Both the position numbers and the translations under genes were made by a program. A stretch of DNA of 64,000 nt from Planctomycetota bacterium. Lineage in GTDB: Bacteria; Planctomycetota; UBA1135; GCA-002686595. The DNA lies in contig DUCM01000011.1 of assembly GCA_012959785.1 (NCBI GenBank), forward strand, positions 61,824 through 125,823, read 5' to 3'. Below the pieces are notes generated by a model. It saw nothing but the letters and a program-made list of their open reading frames with translations, did no database searches and was not told the origin of the DNA. This document shows, in pieces, positions 55,402-63,646 of the stretch. The stretch's first letter is position 1; each line of letters starts with the position of its first letter.

Positions 55402-55991
55402 CGTCCACCCTCCCGGGAGCGGCGTGCGGCAGCAGCCCAGATCTCGGCCACGGTCTCGGCGTAGTCGAACCTCTGCTCAAAGCCCTGGTGCTCCAAGTTG
55501 CCGCTCTTTGCGTCGGCGAAGGTCAGTTGGCTGTGCTGGCGCGAGAGAGAGCGCTGGCCTTGCAAGGTGGTCAGCACACCGAGCTTGCCCTGGCCGAGCC
55601 CCACCGGCATGCGCGCGCCACTCGCACCTTCGGAACTCAGGAACAAGATGGCGTCCTCGCCCACAAGCAGGCTCGGCATGCCCGGCAGCATCAAGCCACG
55701 GCCATCGGGCAGCACGCCTCCTGGAAGCCTGAAGCTGCGAGTGGGTTCGTCGGAACCCCAGAAGGTGCGCTCCACAACCACTTCGAACTCGGTTTCGAGA
55801 CGACCTGGTGCGGGCTGAATCGTGCGCATGGAGCGCACGCGGCCCTCGAAGACCAGGTCGGACTCGCTCACAAGTTGATCGATATCGAGACGCACGGCGG
55901 TGCCAGCGGCCACATCGTCCATGGCGCCGTGCAGTGACAGAACGGCCTGTAGGCCACAAGCCGCGAGAAAAAGAGATAGAAGTCTGTGCAT
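55398..55991 (-). CDS. Hypothetical lipoprotein, translationally coupled to the metalloprotease
   Basis: ATG 55991 gives MHRLLSLFLAAC (lipobox). Its stop overlaps the protease ATG (ATGA at 55398-55401). No family recognised. Confidence 0.5.
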   Translation of the reverse strand: MHRLLSLFLAACGLQAVLSLHGAMDDVAAGTAVRLDIDQLVSESDLVFEGRVRSMRTIQPAPGRLETEFEVVVERTFWGSDEPTRSFRLPGGVLPDGRGLMLPGMPSLLVGEDAILFLSSEGASGARMPVGLGQGKLGVLTTLQGQRSLSRQHSQLTFADAKSGNLEHQGFEQRFDYAETVAEIWAAAARRSREGGR

Positions 55992-56191
55992 TGAAATGGA
56001 ACCGGGGGACTGAGTTGCGCCAGGCGACGCTGTGCAATAGCGGCGCTGAATGGCCACGCCAGGGAAATCGTCGGCCTCAGGCTCAGCAGCCTGAATCGAA
56101 TTCTCCCCATCCCTTTATCGAGACCTCGCGAGGCCTTTCTTGAGCTATTCAGGGTGAGCAAATTGCCTTGGTAATCCTGCTCAAGATCAAG

Positions 56192-56200
56192 CCCCCCCCC
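56192..56200. repeat. C9 homopolymer in divergent intergenic region
   Basis: Counted directly: ...atcaagcccccccccgtgcc..., between start codons 55991(-) and 56338(+). Confidence 0.95.
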
Positions 56201-56337
56201 GTGCCTGGACTCGATAGGAAGAGGAACTGGGGGCGACTCGAAGCTCCCCTGCGCCCTCCGCACCAAGAGGCTGCCAAGCCGCTTCTGCACCTCAAACAAG
56301 GCGCGGGCGCGCTCCAGAGAAGCCGTCCAGAAAAGCC

Positions 56338-57182
56338 ATGAGCACCTACCGCGCCAAACAACTGATCCGCGACAACCTCAACATCCCGACCCTGCCGGCG
56401 GTTGTGCAGGAGATCTCCCTGCTGGTGGACAACCCCAAATCAGGAACGGCCGAAATCGGCGCTCTGATCGCCCAAGACGCGCCCCTAGCGGCCAAGGTCC
56501 TGCGCATCGCAGGCAGCGCCTACTACGGCTTGCGCGAGCGCTGTCTCTCCACCGAACAGGCCTCCTCGGTCTTGGCGTGCGCGTGCTTCGCAATGTTGTC
56601 ACGCAAGCCGCAGTCATTCAACAGTTCCACCACCTGCAATCGATACCCGGATTCTCGATCGATGAGCTCTGGCGCCACGGCATCCTGACAGCGCAAGCCT
56701 GCCGCGAGTTCGCCCGTCACTCCCAGGGCTGCGGCGCTCTGACGCCCGACGAGTTCTACACTTGCGGGCTGCTGCATGACCTGGGCAAGATTGTGATGCT
56801 CGATTCCTTGGGCGAGGACTACGTCGAGGTCCACCAAGAAGCCGAGTCCAGCGGCGACAGGTTGCATCAGTTGGAAGAGCTTCGCTTCGGTTTCAACCAC
56901 ACCGATGTAGGGGCCCTGGTGGCCCTGCGCTGGAATCTCCCAACCGCCGCGGCCAGTGCGATTCAATACCACCATGGCCCGCGCCAGTGCCTGGAGGATG
57001 ACCCCGTTGTGACCCTGGTGGCAAACGCCAACCTGGTGGCCCACCGTGTGGCCGCAGGGAACATGGAAGCCGCCGAGCTGACCCTGGACGAGGAAACGGC
57101 GCAATTTCTCGGCCTGGACATCGACGATGTGGCTGGGATCATGGCTACGGTGCAGGCCTCCATGGCCGACATTGTGGTCTGA
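56338..57182 (+). pseudogene. HDOD domain protein interrupted by a 1-nt frameshift (or assembly error) near 56557-56577
   Basis: ORF 56338..56688 carries the HDOD N-terminus (LPTLPAVVQEISLLVDNPKSGTAEIGALIAQDAPLAAKVLRIAGSAYYGL...STEQASSVL). ORF 56577..57182, in another frame, continues it (G)VRVLRNVVTQAAV...LWRHG...GLLHDLGKIVM...HTDVGALVALRWNLP...AIQYHH. Confidence 0.75.
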
Positions 57183-57260
57183 GGCCGACCAGGGGACCAT
57201 TCTCGGGTTAAGTTTCAGGTACTGCGAGGCCTTTCCCTTCCTCGCTGTCCCCAAATCAAG

Positions 57261-57566
57261 ATGGATGCCCGCTTTCTACTAGCTACGCTCTGCGCCCGTC
57301 ACGGCGTGGAATTCGACCGAGGTTTACGCCTCCTGCCCCTGATCCGGTGGGCCCTTGAAGGGCCTGAGAGTTCTCGTGACCGCATTTTATCCGTGGTCGA
57401 GCGCACCCTCTCCAACGATGGAATCCCCGACCAGGACCACGCCCGGCGGTTCAGAGCCGCAGCCGATCAAGCCATTTTGGTGGCCGTGGCGGGGGTTCTG
57501 CACAGTTGGAGCCCCAGCGACAAGCTGCTCGACCTCGACTTCGGGATGCCCGGCGGATCGCAATAG
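57261..57566 (+). CDS. Hypothetical small protein
   Basis: 101-aa ORF with ATG start, co-directional with the HDOD gene and followed by a strong hairpin. No family recognised. Confidence 0.4.
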   Translation: MDARFLLATLCARHGVEFDRGLRLLPLIRWALEGPESSRDRILSVVERTLSNDGIPDQDHARRFRAAADQAILVAVAGVLHSWSPSDKLLDLDFGMPGGSQ

Positions 57567-57612
57567 CCCAAATCGCCCTGGGCTCGCCCCCGAGCCAACC
57601 CAAGAACCAAGC

Positions 57613-57644
57613 AAGCCCGCGCCCCCTGAAGGGAACGCGGGCTT
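57613..57644. terminator. Bidirectional terminator-like hairpin between convergent genes
   Basis: AAGCCCGCG (57613-57621) pairs with CGCGGGCTT (57636-57644): 9-bp stem, 14-nt loop. On the minus strand it is followed by GCTTGGTTCTTGG. Confidence 0.5.
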
Positions 57645-57675
57645 CTCGTGGAGGAATCCTTGAGGAGAACTGGGT

Positions 57676-58848
57676 CTACGGCGTCGAGCGGCGACTGTTG
57701 GCGCGGTTGTTGGCGCGGTTGTTGGGGGGGCCGGTACCGAGCCGCTTTCTGATCTCGTGCATCTCCTGGCGCAGGGCATGAACCTCGCGCCGCAAGGAAC
57801 CGAGTTCTGCGTGCAGGTCGCCGCCTTGGCCATGAGAAGCGTCATGGGGGGTCTTGTCGCTGAAAAAATAGTGGCGTTCGCCATGTTCACCGTGCGCGCC
57901 ACCAAAATCAGGATGGGGGCTCTCGCCGCCGTGCCCGCCGCCGGCATGCCTGTGGGGGCGCTCCTCGCTGGGCTCTTCGCAGTCGGCCTCGGCACCGTCA
58001 CAACAATCGTCAGTGGCCGAGTTCCAGGACCATGAATGTGAGAAGTCCTCGCCATCGATCACGATATCGAAGATCGCGCGGCCCTCGCCTCTGTGAGCGA
58101 GGTGCAGCACCTCCTCCATGTCAGAGTCGAGATCGAGGTTGCCAAGAATCTCGTGCAAGTCGATGTTCTGGAGGTCGCCGAGGTCCTCAAGGCGAATGAG
58201 GGCCTTGATGCAGTGCTCTCCTTGCTCTCTGTCGCCCTCGATCTCCACCTCGCACTCGATCTCAGCGTCGGAGTGTTCGCCGCCATGGTGCTCGTCGGTT
58301 TCCAGCCAGACCCCTCGCTTGCCCAGGTCACTCACCTTGATCTTGTGAATGGCGCCCGCCCGGGCATCTTCCTGCTGAGCTCCGAGCACGACTCGGCGCT
58401 CGATTTTGTGCACCTTGACAGCTTCTTCAGAGTCCTGGGTGATGAGGCTGGAGAGCGCTGCCTGGCTGCGACTCGCCAGGGTCACCTCGAGGTCCTTGCG
58501 CCAACCCTGGCGGTCCACGGACAGGGTGATGACCTCGCCGGGGGCAAACCGGCCCACGGCGGTCACGAGGTCCTTTGAGGAGAGGATTTCGGTGCCGTTG
58601 AGGGCGGTGATGCGGTCCCCCGCCAGGAGCCCCACGCCCTGGGCGGGACTCCCCGGCAGGGTGGTTTGAATCAGGGCCGCGCCCTCGCCGCCGCCGAGGC
58701 TGACTCCGAGCATGCCTCTATCGTTGGCTTGGGCTGTGCTCTCGCCTTCGGTCGAGGGAGAGACAAGGGTCAGACTGGATTGAGAAGCTGTGGCGGACGC
58801 GCCGAGGGCGAGGGCCATGCAGCAGGAGGTCAAACGGATGAGGATCAT
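57676..58848 (-). CDS. Periplasmic PDZ-domain protein with acidic and His-rich C-terminal region
   Basis: Signal MILIRLTSCCMALALGASATA. PDZ core GMLGVSLGG..GALIQTTLPGSPAQGVGLLAGDRITALNGTEI. Then a D/E-rich segment, His-rich HRHAGGGHGGESPHPDFGGAHGEHGERH, and a helical tail ending NNRANNRAN. Confidence 0.75.
   Translation of the reverse strand: MILIRLTSCCMALALGASATASQSSLTLVSPSTEGESTAQANDRGMLGVSLGGGEGAALIQTTLPGSPAQGVGLLAGDRITALNGTEILSSKDLVTAVGRFAPGEVITLSVDRQGWRKDLEVTLASRSQAALSSLITQDSEEAVKVHKIERRVVLGAQQEDARAGAIHKIKVSDLGKRGVWLETDEHHGGEHSDAEIECEVEIEGDREQGEHCIKALIRLEDLGDLQNIDLHEILGNLDLDSDMEEVLHLAHRGEGRAIFDIVIDGEDFSHSWSWNSATDDCCDGAEADCEEPSEERPHRHAGGGHGGESPHPDFGGAHGEHGERHYFFSDKTPHDASHGQGGDLHAELGSLRREVHALRQEMHEIRKRLGTGPPNNRANNRANSRRSTP
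57696..57719 (-). repeat. In-frame 12-nt tandem repeat (tgttggcgcggt x2, plus a partial third copy) encoding NNRA-NNRA
   Basis: 57696-57707 and 57708-57719 are identical. The following tgttgggg is a partial copy. Confidence 0.9.
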
Positions 58849-58873
58849 GTCGCAGAGGACCTCTGGGGGCCCT

Positions 58874-58882
58874 GGGGGGGGG
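58874..58882. repeat. G9 homopolymer (C9 on the coding strand) 26-34 nt upstream of the PDZ gene ATG
   Basis: Counted directly: ...gccctgggggggggagagg..., embedded in a G-rich 50-nt stretch. Confidence 0.95.
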
Positions 58883-59068
58883 AGAGGATCGGAGGGGTGG
58901 GAGGGGCGCCGGGGAAAAACAGCGACCCGCGGGTCTTGGCCAGCGTACCTTTCGACTCACTACGACGCGACCCTGGACAGGTTGGCCAGTTTCGCAAGCC
59001 TTTACCCCCATCTAACCCTTCAGAGGGGCGCGGGGCTCCTCTGCCGGCGTTGTCTGGTTTATTTTGGC

Positions 59069-59872
59069 TCAGCGTTTGCGCCGGCGGCGAGGCTGCTGTT
59101 TGAGGGCCAGCTTGATCTCGATGGCCTCAGAGGCCCCGTCGGCGGCGATGCTGACGGTTCCCTTGCCGCGGCCGAGCTTCTCGTGCCAGACCTCGAGCTT
59201 GTAGTCCCCGGGGAGCAAACCAGGGATCGTGAAGCTGCCATCGGCGCGGGTCAGAGCGGTGAAGTTGGTCTCGGCGACAAAGATATAGGCCGTCATCCAG
59301 GGGTGGATGTCGCACTTGATCGCCACGGCTTCGGCCTCGCTGAGCTTCTGCTTTAGGGAAGCGCCAGCGGGGATCATGTTGTTGATGGCCTTGTTCTTGG
59401 TGGCGAAGGTGTGAACATTGTGCGCCACCGTGTCCGAGTTGAGGTACTCCACCTGGGTGCCCACCGGAACGATCGTGATGTGGGACTCGAAGCGACACTG
59501 CACCTGGTCCAGCAAGACCGGCTGCTCGGGCACGCGCAACTCCTGGCCCTCAACGGCAATGGTCACCACGCAGTTGGCGATGCCCCGCTTGGGGCCGATG
59601 AGAAGCCGGCGATCGGTCTTGTCGAGCTTGCCATCCTCGGCGGTACAGCCCTTCGCCTGGGCATCGGAAACCCTCAGTTCGAGGGTCTTGGGCAGTTCGC
59701 CCTCGAAGACGATGCACCCGGTGATCGGGAAAGTCTCGGTGGCCTCGTCCTGGGCTTGCGCTGGGTGCTCGCCGGTATGAGCAAGGCCCATGCAAGCCTC
59801 GCGGAGAGGGCCTACGGCGAGGGTGCTGGCGGCCAGAGCCACAAACCCTGCGGAGGCTGCCAAGCGCTGCAT
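59069..59872 (-). CDS. Secreted cupredoxin (amicyanin-type type-1 Cu site) fused to a CarboxypepD_reg-like domain
   Basis: Signal MQRLAASAGFVALAASTLA. Candidate Cu ligands are the H in DTVAHNVHTF plus C-x2-H-x2-M in KCDIHPWM. C-terminal TRADGSFTIPGLLPGDYKLEVWHEKLG is a regulatory-like beta-sandwich. Confidence 0.7.
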   Translation of the reverse strand: MQRLAASAGFVALAASTLAVGPLREACMGLAHTGEHPAQAQDEATETFPITGCIVFEGELPKTLELRVSDAQAKGCTAEDGKLDKTDRRLLIGPKRGIANCVVTIAVEGQELRVPEQPVLLDQVQCRFESHITIVPVGTQVEYLNSDTVAHNVHTFATKNKAINNMIPAGASLKQKLSEAEAVAIKCDIHPWMTAYIFVAETNFTALTRADGSFTIPGLLPGDYKLEVWHEKLGRGKGTVSIAADGASEAIEIKLALKQQPRRRRKR

Positions 59873-59893
59873 GGTTCTGCGGACCCTGGGCCC

Positions 59894-62800
59894 TCAGTCC
59901 TTGACGCCCGCGGGCATCGAATCGAGGTTGTAGAGCCAGTCCAATACAGCGTCGATCTGCTGGACATTGTTCGAGTTCGGGTAGGCCTCCTGGTACTGAG
60001 GCGGATACGAAGCGAAGTTGCCCGGCATGGTTGTGCCCGGATAGATCAGGGCAGGGTTCCACAACCATGCCTGGACCCAATCCTCGCGCAAGCGCTCGCG
60101 CACGAGATCGAGGTCCGGTGCCCATGCACTGGGGGTCTCCATCTGGGTCGGCCCCTGGCCCTTGAGCCAGTGGCACTGGAAGCAGTTGACTCCATCGGTG
60201 GCGATGTTGCGACCGGCAGCGGCGTGGTTGGCATGGCTGGGCAGGCGCCGGGTCACGAGCTCGTGCACCGGATTGGTGGGACCGTTCATGCGGAAGCCCG
60301 CAGCGTCACCGTAGGCCTTGATGCGCGGGAATTTCGCGGCGATGTCCGGCGCGGAACCGGCTTCGATGAAGTTCACTGCCGCGGTGGTCACTTCAGCGGC
60401 TTCAGCCAGATCCGAGGCGCTGATGCCGTTGCCATCATCCATGAAGTTCGTCATGCGCGGGAAGGGCATGCCATCGCCGTCAGAACCATCCTGCAGGGTC
60501 ACACCGAGGGCGGTGCGCAGGGAACGGGTGTAGCGCGGAGCCCACTCGATTTCGGCCTTGTGGGCAAAGTAGTCAGCCACCGCACCCGCTTCCGCGGCGC
60601 TGATGTTGAAAGAAGGCATCCTGACCCGCATCTGAGGCCGAATGACCTCGGGATCGCGCAGGAAGGCGAAGAGCCATTCGCGCTGCAATTTGTGTCCTTC
60701 GTCGAAAAGCACCGGCGGGGCATAGGTCCAACGCAAGGTGTCGTAGTGCAGCTCGGTGTAGTTGCGTGCCACACCGTCTACATCCAGCACTTCCCCATCC
60801 GGCCCGAAGTGCCAGTAGGAGATCTCGTCGGCTTCGGCATCGTGCATCTCGATGCCCTCGCTGTAGTAGCGCAGGATGGTCTGCACGAAGTCGCCGCCGC
60901 TGGGCGCTTCGATGGACAGGAGGTCGTCGAGTTCGACGAAGACCGACTCGCCGGCAAAACCCACCTCGGGGACGGTTTCGAGCAAGCGGAAGCCGACATC
61001 CTCGACTTCTTCGTCCATCTCCAACTCGTAGTTTTCGATGTCCTCCATGAGGCTCGCGAGGTCAGTCTGGTGCGGCGGCAGGTCGGCGTCGCCGATGGGA
61101 ATCAGCTCGGCCGGCACAGTGCGCGCGATTCCGTCCTCATCGTTGTAGGTGATCCGGCCTGGATCGATCATGTGGCAGGCCATGCAGTTCTGCTGGCGCA
61201 CCACGGCGAGGCCATCATTGATGGACTGTTTGCCAGGTGTCGGCACCATCTTGGCCCGCTGCACCTCGTCATTGACAAGGCCTACGACAAAAGTCGAAAG
61301 AGCCAGGACCTCATCGCTATCCAGGCCGAAGTGCGGCATGCGCTGGCGCTCGATGGGGTTCTTGACTTTCTGGTCGTCGAAGCGCCGGGGGTCGTCGAGC
61401 TTGTACTCGAGCCAGTTCTCGCGGTATTGCTTGAACTCCTCGCGCTGGTCAAAACTCCAGCCGTGCTCGTGGGTCAGGATGTTGGGTAAGAAGGCCCAGT
61501 CGAGCTTGTCGGGGGTCTTCGAACCCCAGGTCGAGAGCTCCGTGCCGATCGGGTTGGTGTCATCGAAGCCATTGATCGTGTGGCAGGAGAAACAGCCCTG
61601 GTGGCCGATGAACTTCTCGCCCACGGCAACCAGCAAGTCCGCCTTTCTATCCCAGCGCAAGAGGGGGTTCTCCCCGGCAAAGCGCCGCTCTAGTTCGACC
61701 CGGCCGTCCCGGGAGAAGAACCAGCGCGCCTGTTCCTGCAACACATCGAGGGCCGCCTCACTGGGACCCTCCTGCCAACCTTCGGGCACATCGCGGAAGA
61801 TCCCATCGGGGTCGTCCATGATGTAAGCAGTGATGTCGGCGGCATCCTCGTCTGAGAGACGCAGGTTCGGCATCTGAGTCTCGGGCCAGTAGGCAGCCGG
61901 ATCCTTGATCCAGGCGTAGAGCCAGTTGCGATCGACCTTGCTCGCCACGCCGCGCAGGGACGGGCCGTGTTCGTTCTCCCCGCTAAGCTCGAAGACGAAG
62001 TCGGATGTGGCAAGTGCCTCGCCCGGATAACCGACCAGGTTGTGACAGGCGAGGCAGCCCACAACACGGAAGGTCTCGCGGCCGCGATCAACATCGCCCG
62101 CTTGCGGCGGCGCTGGGTAGCCACGCTTGGGGCTCTTCTCGATGAGGTAGGCCGTGATCGAGGCGATCGCCGCGTCTTCCCACTCCTGGCCAAAGATCGA
62201 GCGCCCGGCGCCCCACTTGGATTTCGCGACCTCTTCGTCAGGCCGGGTGTTCGAGAGGTTGAAGATGCGCGGCATCTTCGTCGAGGGACGGAAACTCTTG
62301 GGATCGGTAATCCACGCGCTGAGCCAGTCGGCGTCGAACTTGGACTGCAAGTTCGCCAAGCTCGGTCCCGGCCGGCGCGTCGTGGGGAACCAATCGACCT
62401 TGTGGCAAGCGTAGCAGCCCTTGTCCTCGAAGAGTCGATAGCCTTTGGCCAGACGCGGCGCTTCGGGAGCGATCAATTCCATGGTGGTCTTGTGACACTG
62501 CACGCAAGCGGACTCGAAGTAGTCGGCACTGAGCATGGGATAGTCCCAGTGGTGCTGCTTGTGCCAGTGGTGCATCGCCTGCCACTCTTCGGTCTGGGCT
62601 GCGCCTGCGGGACGGTGATCTGTGTGCTGGAAGCTGAGGCCCTGGCCGGCGCCGCGGTGACAAATCGTGCAGCCGACCTGGTTGACCGGATGCGGCGACT
62701 TGGCTGTCAGGTAGAGGTCGAGGCGCGGGTGGGTCAGGAAGGGGTGGTCGAGTGCCTGCCCGTCTTCGGCAACCCAATCCTCATCGTAGCCGGCGCGGTC

Positions 62801-63586
62801 GATGGCCTCGTGGCAGGTCTGGCACATGTCGATGCGCCGGCCCTTGGTGAAGTTCAGCTCGAAGGAAAGGTCGGCGAGGACTTGTTTTTGAACGCGGTTG
62901 CGCGGATCGACGAAGTCGAGTCCGGGGAAGTCGCGCACGATGTTGGCCAGGCGATTGGTGGCGCCCTCGGGGTCGAGGCTGTCGAGTTTCTGCTCCAGCA
63001 AAGCAAGGTTCTTGGAGGCGCCCTTGATCTGGGACTCGATGCTGCCAATCTCGGTCCCATACGCCGCGACCTCTTGTTCCAGGGCCTCGACCACGCCGAC
63101 CTGGATTTCGACTTCGCCCTCGATAGCCAGGAGCGTGTCGAGGGACACTGCGAGCTGGTCCGCGCCGTAGCTCGGGTCCTGTTCGTGGACGCGGTGTTCC
63201 TCGATCACGAACCGATCCCAGGCGAGGTCCTGCTTGGCCGATTTGGCCTTTTCGGAAACCGTGAAAAGCACGCCCTGCTCGGCGAAGAGCGCCGCACTTA
63301 CACGGTCCCTGTCCGATCGCCTGACATCCAGGCGTCCCTGGGCGTCGGCCAGGGTGGCCTGCAAGGCAGAGGCCGCCTGGTCTTCGGCCTGCATGGCCGC
63401 CGATTGAATGGCCTCGCGGATGCGCTCGGCCTCGATCTCGCGAAACTCAATCTGGTACGGCTTCCAGGGCGCGTCCCAGTCATCGACCACCATCCAGACG
63501 GAGGCGAACAACAAGAGGACGCTGGAGAACGCGAACCAGCGGTTGAGGCTGGGAGTGTGATAATGAGTGTCGCCGCGATCCGCCAT
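59894..63586 (-). CDS. Membrane-anchored multihaem c-type cytochrome (8 CXXCH), 1230 aa
   Basis: N-terminal TM WFAFSSVLLLFASVWMVV and a helical/coiled segment of about 200 aa. Haem motifs are CQTCH, CTICH, CVQCH, CYACH, CLACH, CFSCH, CMACH and CFQCH. The later ones sit in class-I-like domains (GPSL....W...I.DP......MP). Confidence 0.9.
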   Translation of the reverse strand: MADRGDTHYHTPSLNRWFAFSSVLLLFASVWMVVDDWDAPWKPYQIEFREIEAERIREAIQSAAMQAEDQAASALQATLADAQGRLDVRRSDRDRVSAALFAEQGVLFTVSEKAKSAKQDLAWDRFVIEEHRVHEQDPSYGADQLAVSLDTLLAIEGEVEIQVGVVEALEQEVAAYGTEIGSIESQIKGASKNLALLEQKLDSLDPEGATNRLANIVRDFPGLDFVDPRNRVQKQVLADLSFELNFTKGRRIDMCQTCHEAIDRAGYDEDWVAEDGQALDHPFLTHPRLDLYLTAKSPHPVNQVGCTICHRGAGQGLSFQHTDHRPAGAAQTEEWQAMHHWHKQHHWDYPMLSADYFESACVQCHKTTMELIAPEAPRLAKGYRLFEDKGCYACHKVDWFPTTRRPGPSLANLQSKFDADWLSAWITDPKSFRPSTKMPRIFNLSNTRPDEEVAKSKWGAGRSIFGQEWEDAAIASITAYLIEKSPKRGYPAPPQAGDVDRGRETFRVVGCLACHNLVGYPGEALATSDFVFELSGENEHGPSLRGVASKVDRNWLYAWIKDPAAYWPETQMPNLRLSDEDAADITAYIMDDPDGIFRDVPEGWQEGPSEAALDVLQEQARWFFSRDGRVELERRFAGENPLLRWDRKADLLVAVGEKFIGHQGCFSCHTINGFDDTNPIGTELSTWGSKTPDKLDWAFLPNILTHEHGWSFDQREEFKQYRENWLEYKLDDPRRFDDQKVKNPIERQRMPHFGLDSDEVLALSTFVVGLVNDEVQRAKMVPTPGKQSINDGLAVVRQQNCMACHMIDPGRITYNDEDGIARTVPAELIPIGDADLPPHQTDLASLMEDIENYELEMDEEVEDVGFRLLETVPEVGFAGESVFVELDDLLSIEAPSGGDFVQTILRYYSEGIEMHDAEADEISYWHFGPDGEVLDVDGVARNYTELHYDTLRWTYAPPVLFDEGHKLQREWLFAFLRDPEVIRPQMRVRMPSFNISAAEAGAVADYFAHKAEIEWAPRYTRSLRTALGVTLQDGSDGDGMPFPRMTNFMDDGNGISASDLAEAAEVTTAAVNFIEAGSAPDIAAKFPRIKAYGDAAGFRMNGPTNPVHELVTRRLPSHANHAAAGRNIATDGVNCFQCHWLKGQGPTQMETPSAWAPDLDLVRERLREDWVQAWLWNPALIYPGTTMPGNFASYPPQYQEAYPNSNNVQQIDAVLDWLYNLDSMPAGVKD

Positions 63587-63646
63587 GGGTCTCGTGTGAC
63601 GCTAGTCTGACTGGGAAGGAGGGTGAGGAAGGTGATGCGCGGGGCT

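Noticed and set aside
58866-58916. G-quadruplex-forming G-rich block
   Set aside because: G-runs are expected in DNA this GC-rich, and I cannot assess significance without genome-wide statistics. Only the 9-nt homopolymer is reported.
59411-63610. Two long plus-strand ORFs (692 aa and 547 aa)
   Set aside because: Both are antisense to the octahaem cytochrome gene, whose eight CXXCH motifs and class-I domains make the minus-strand reading unambiguous.
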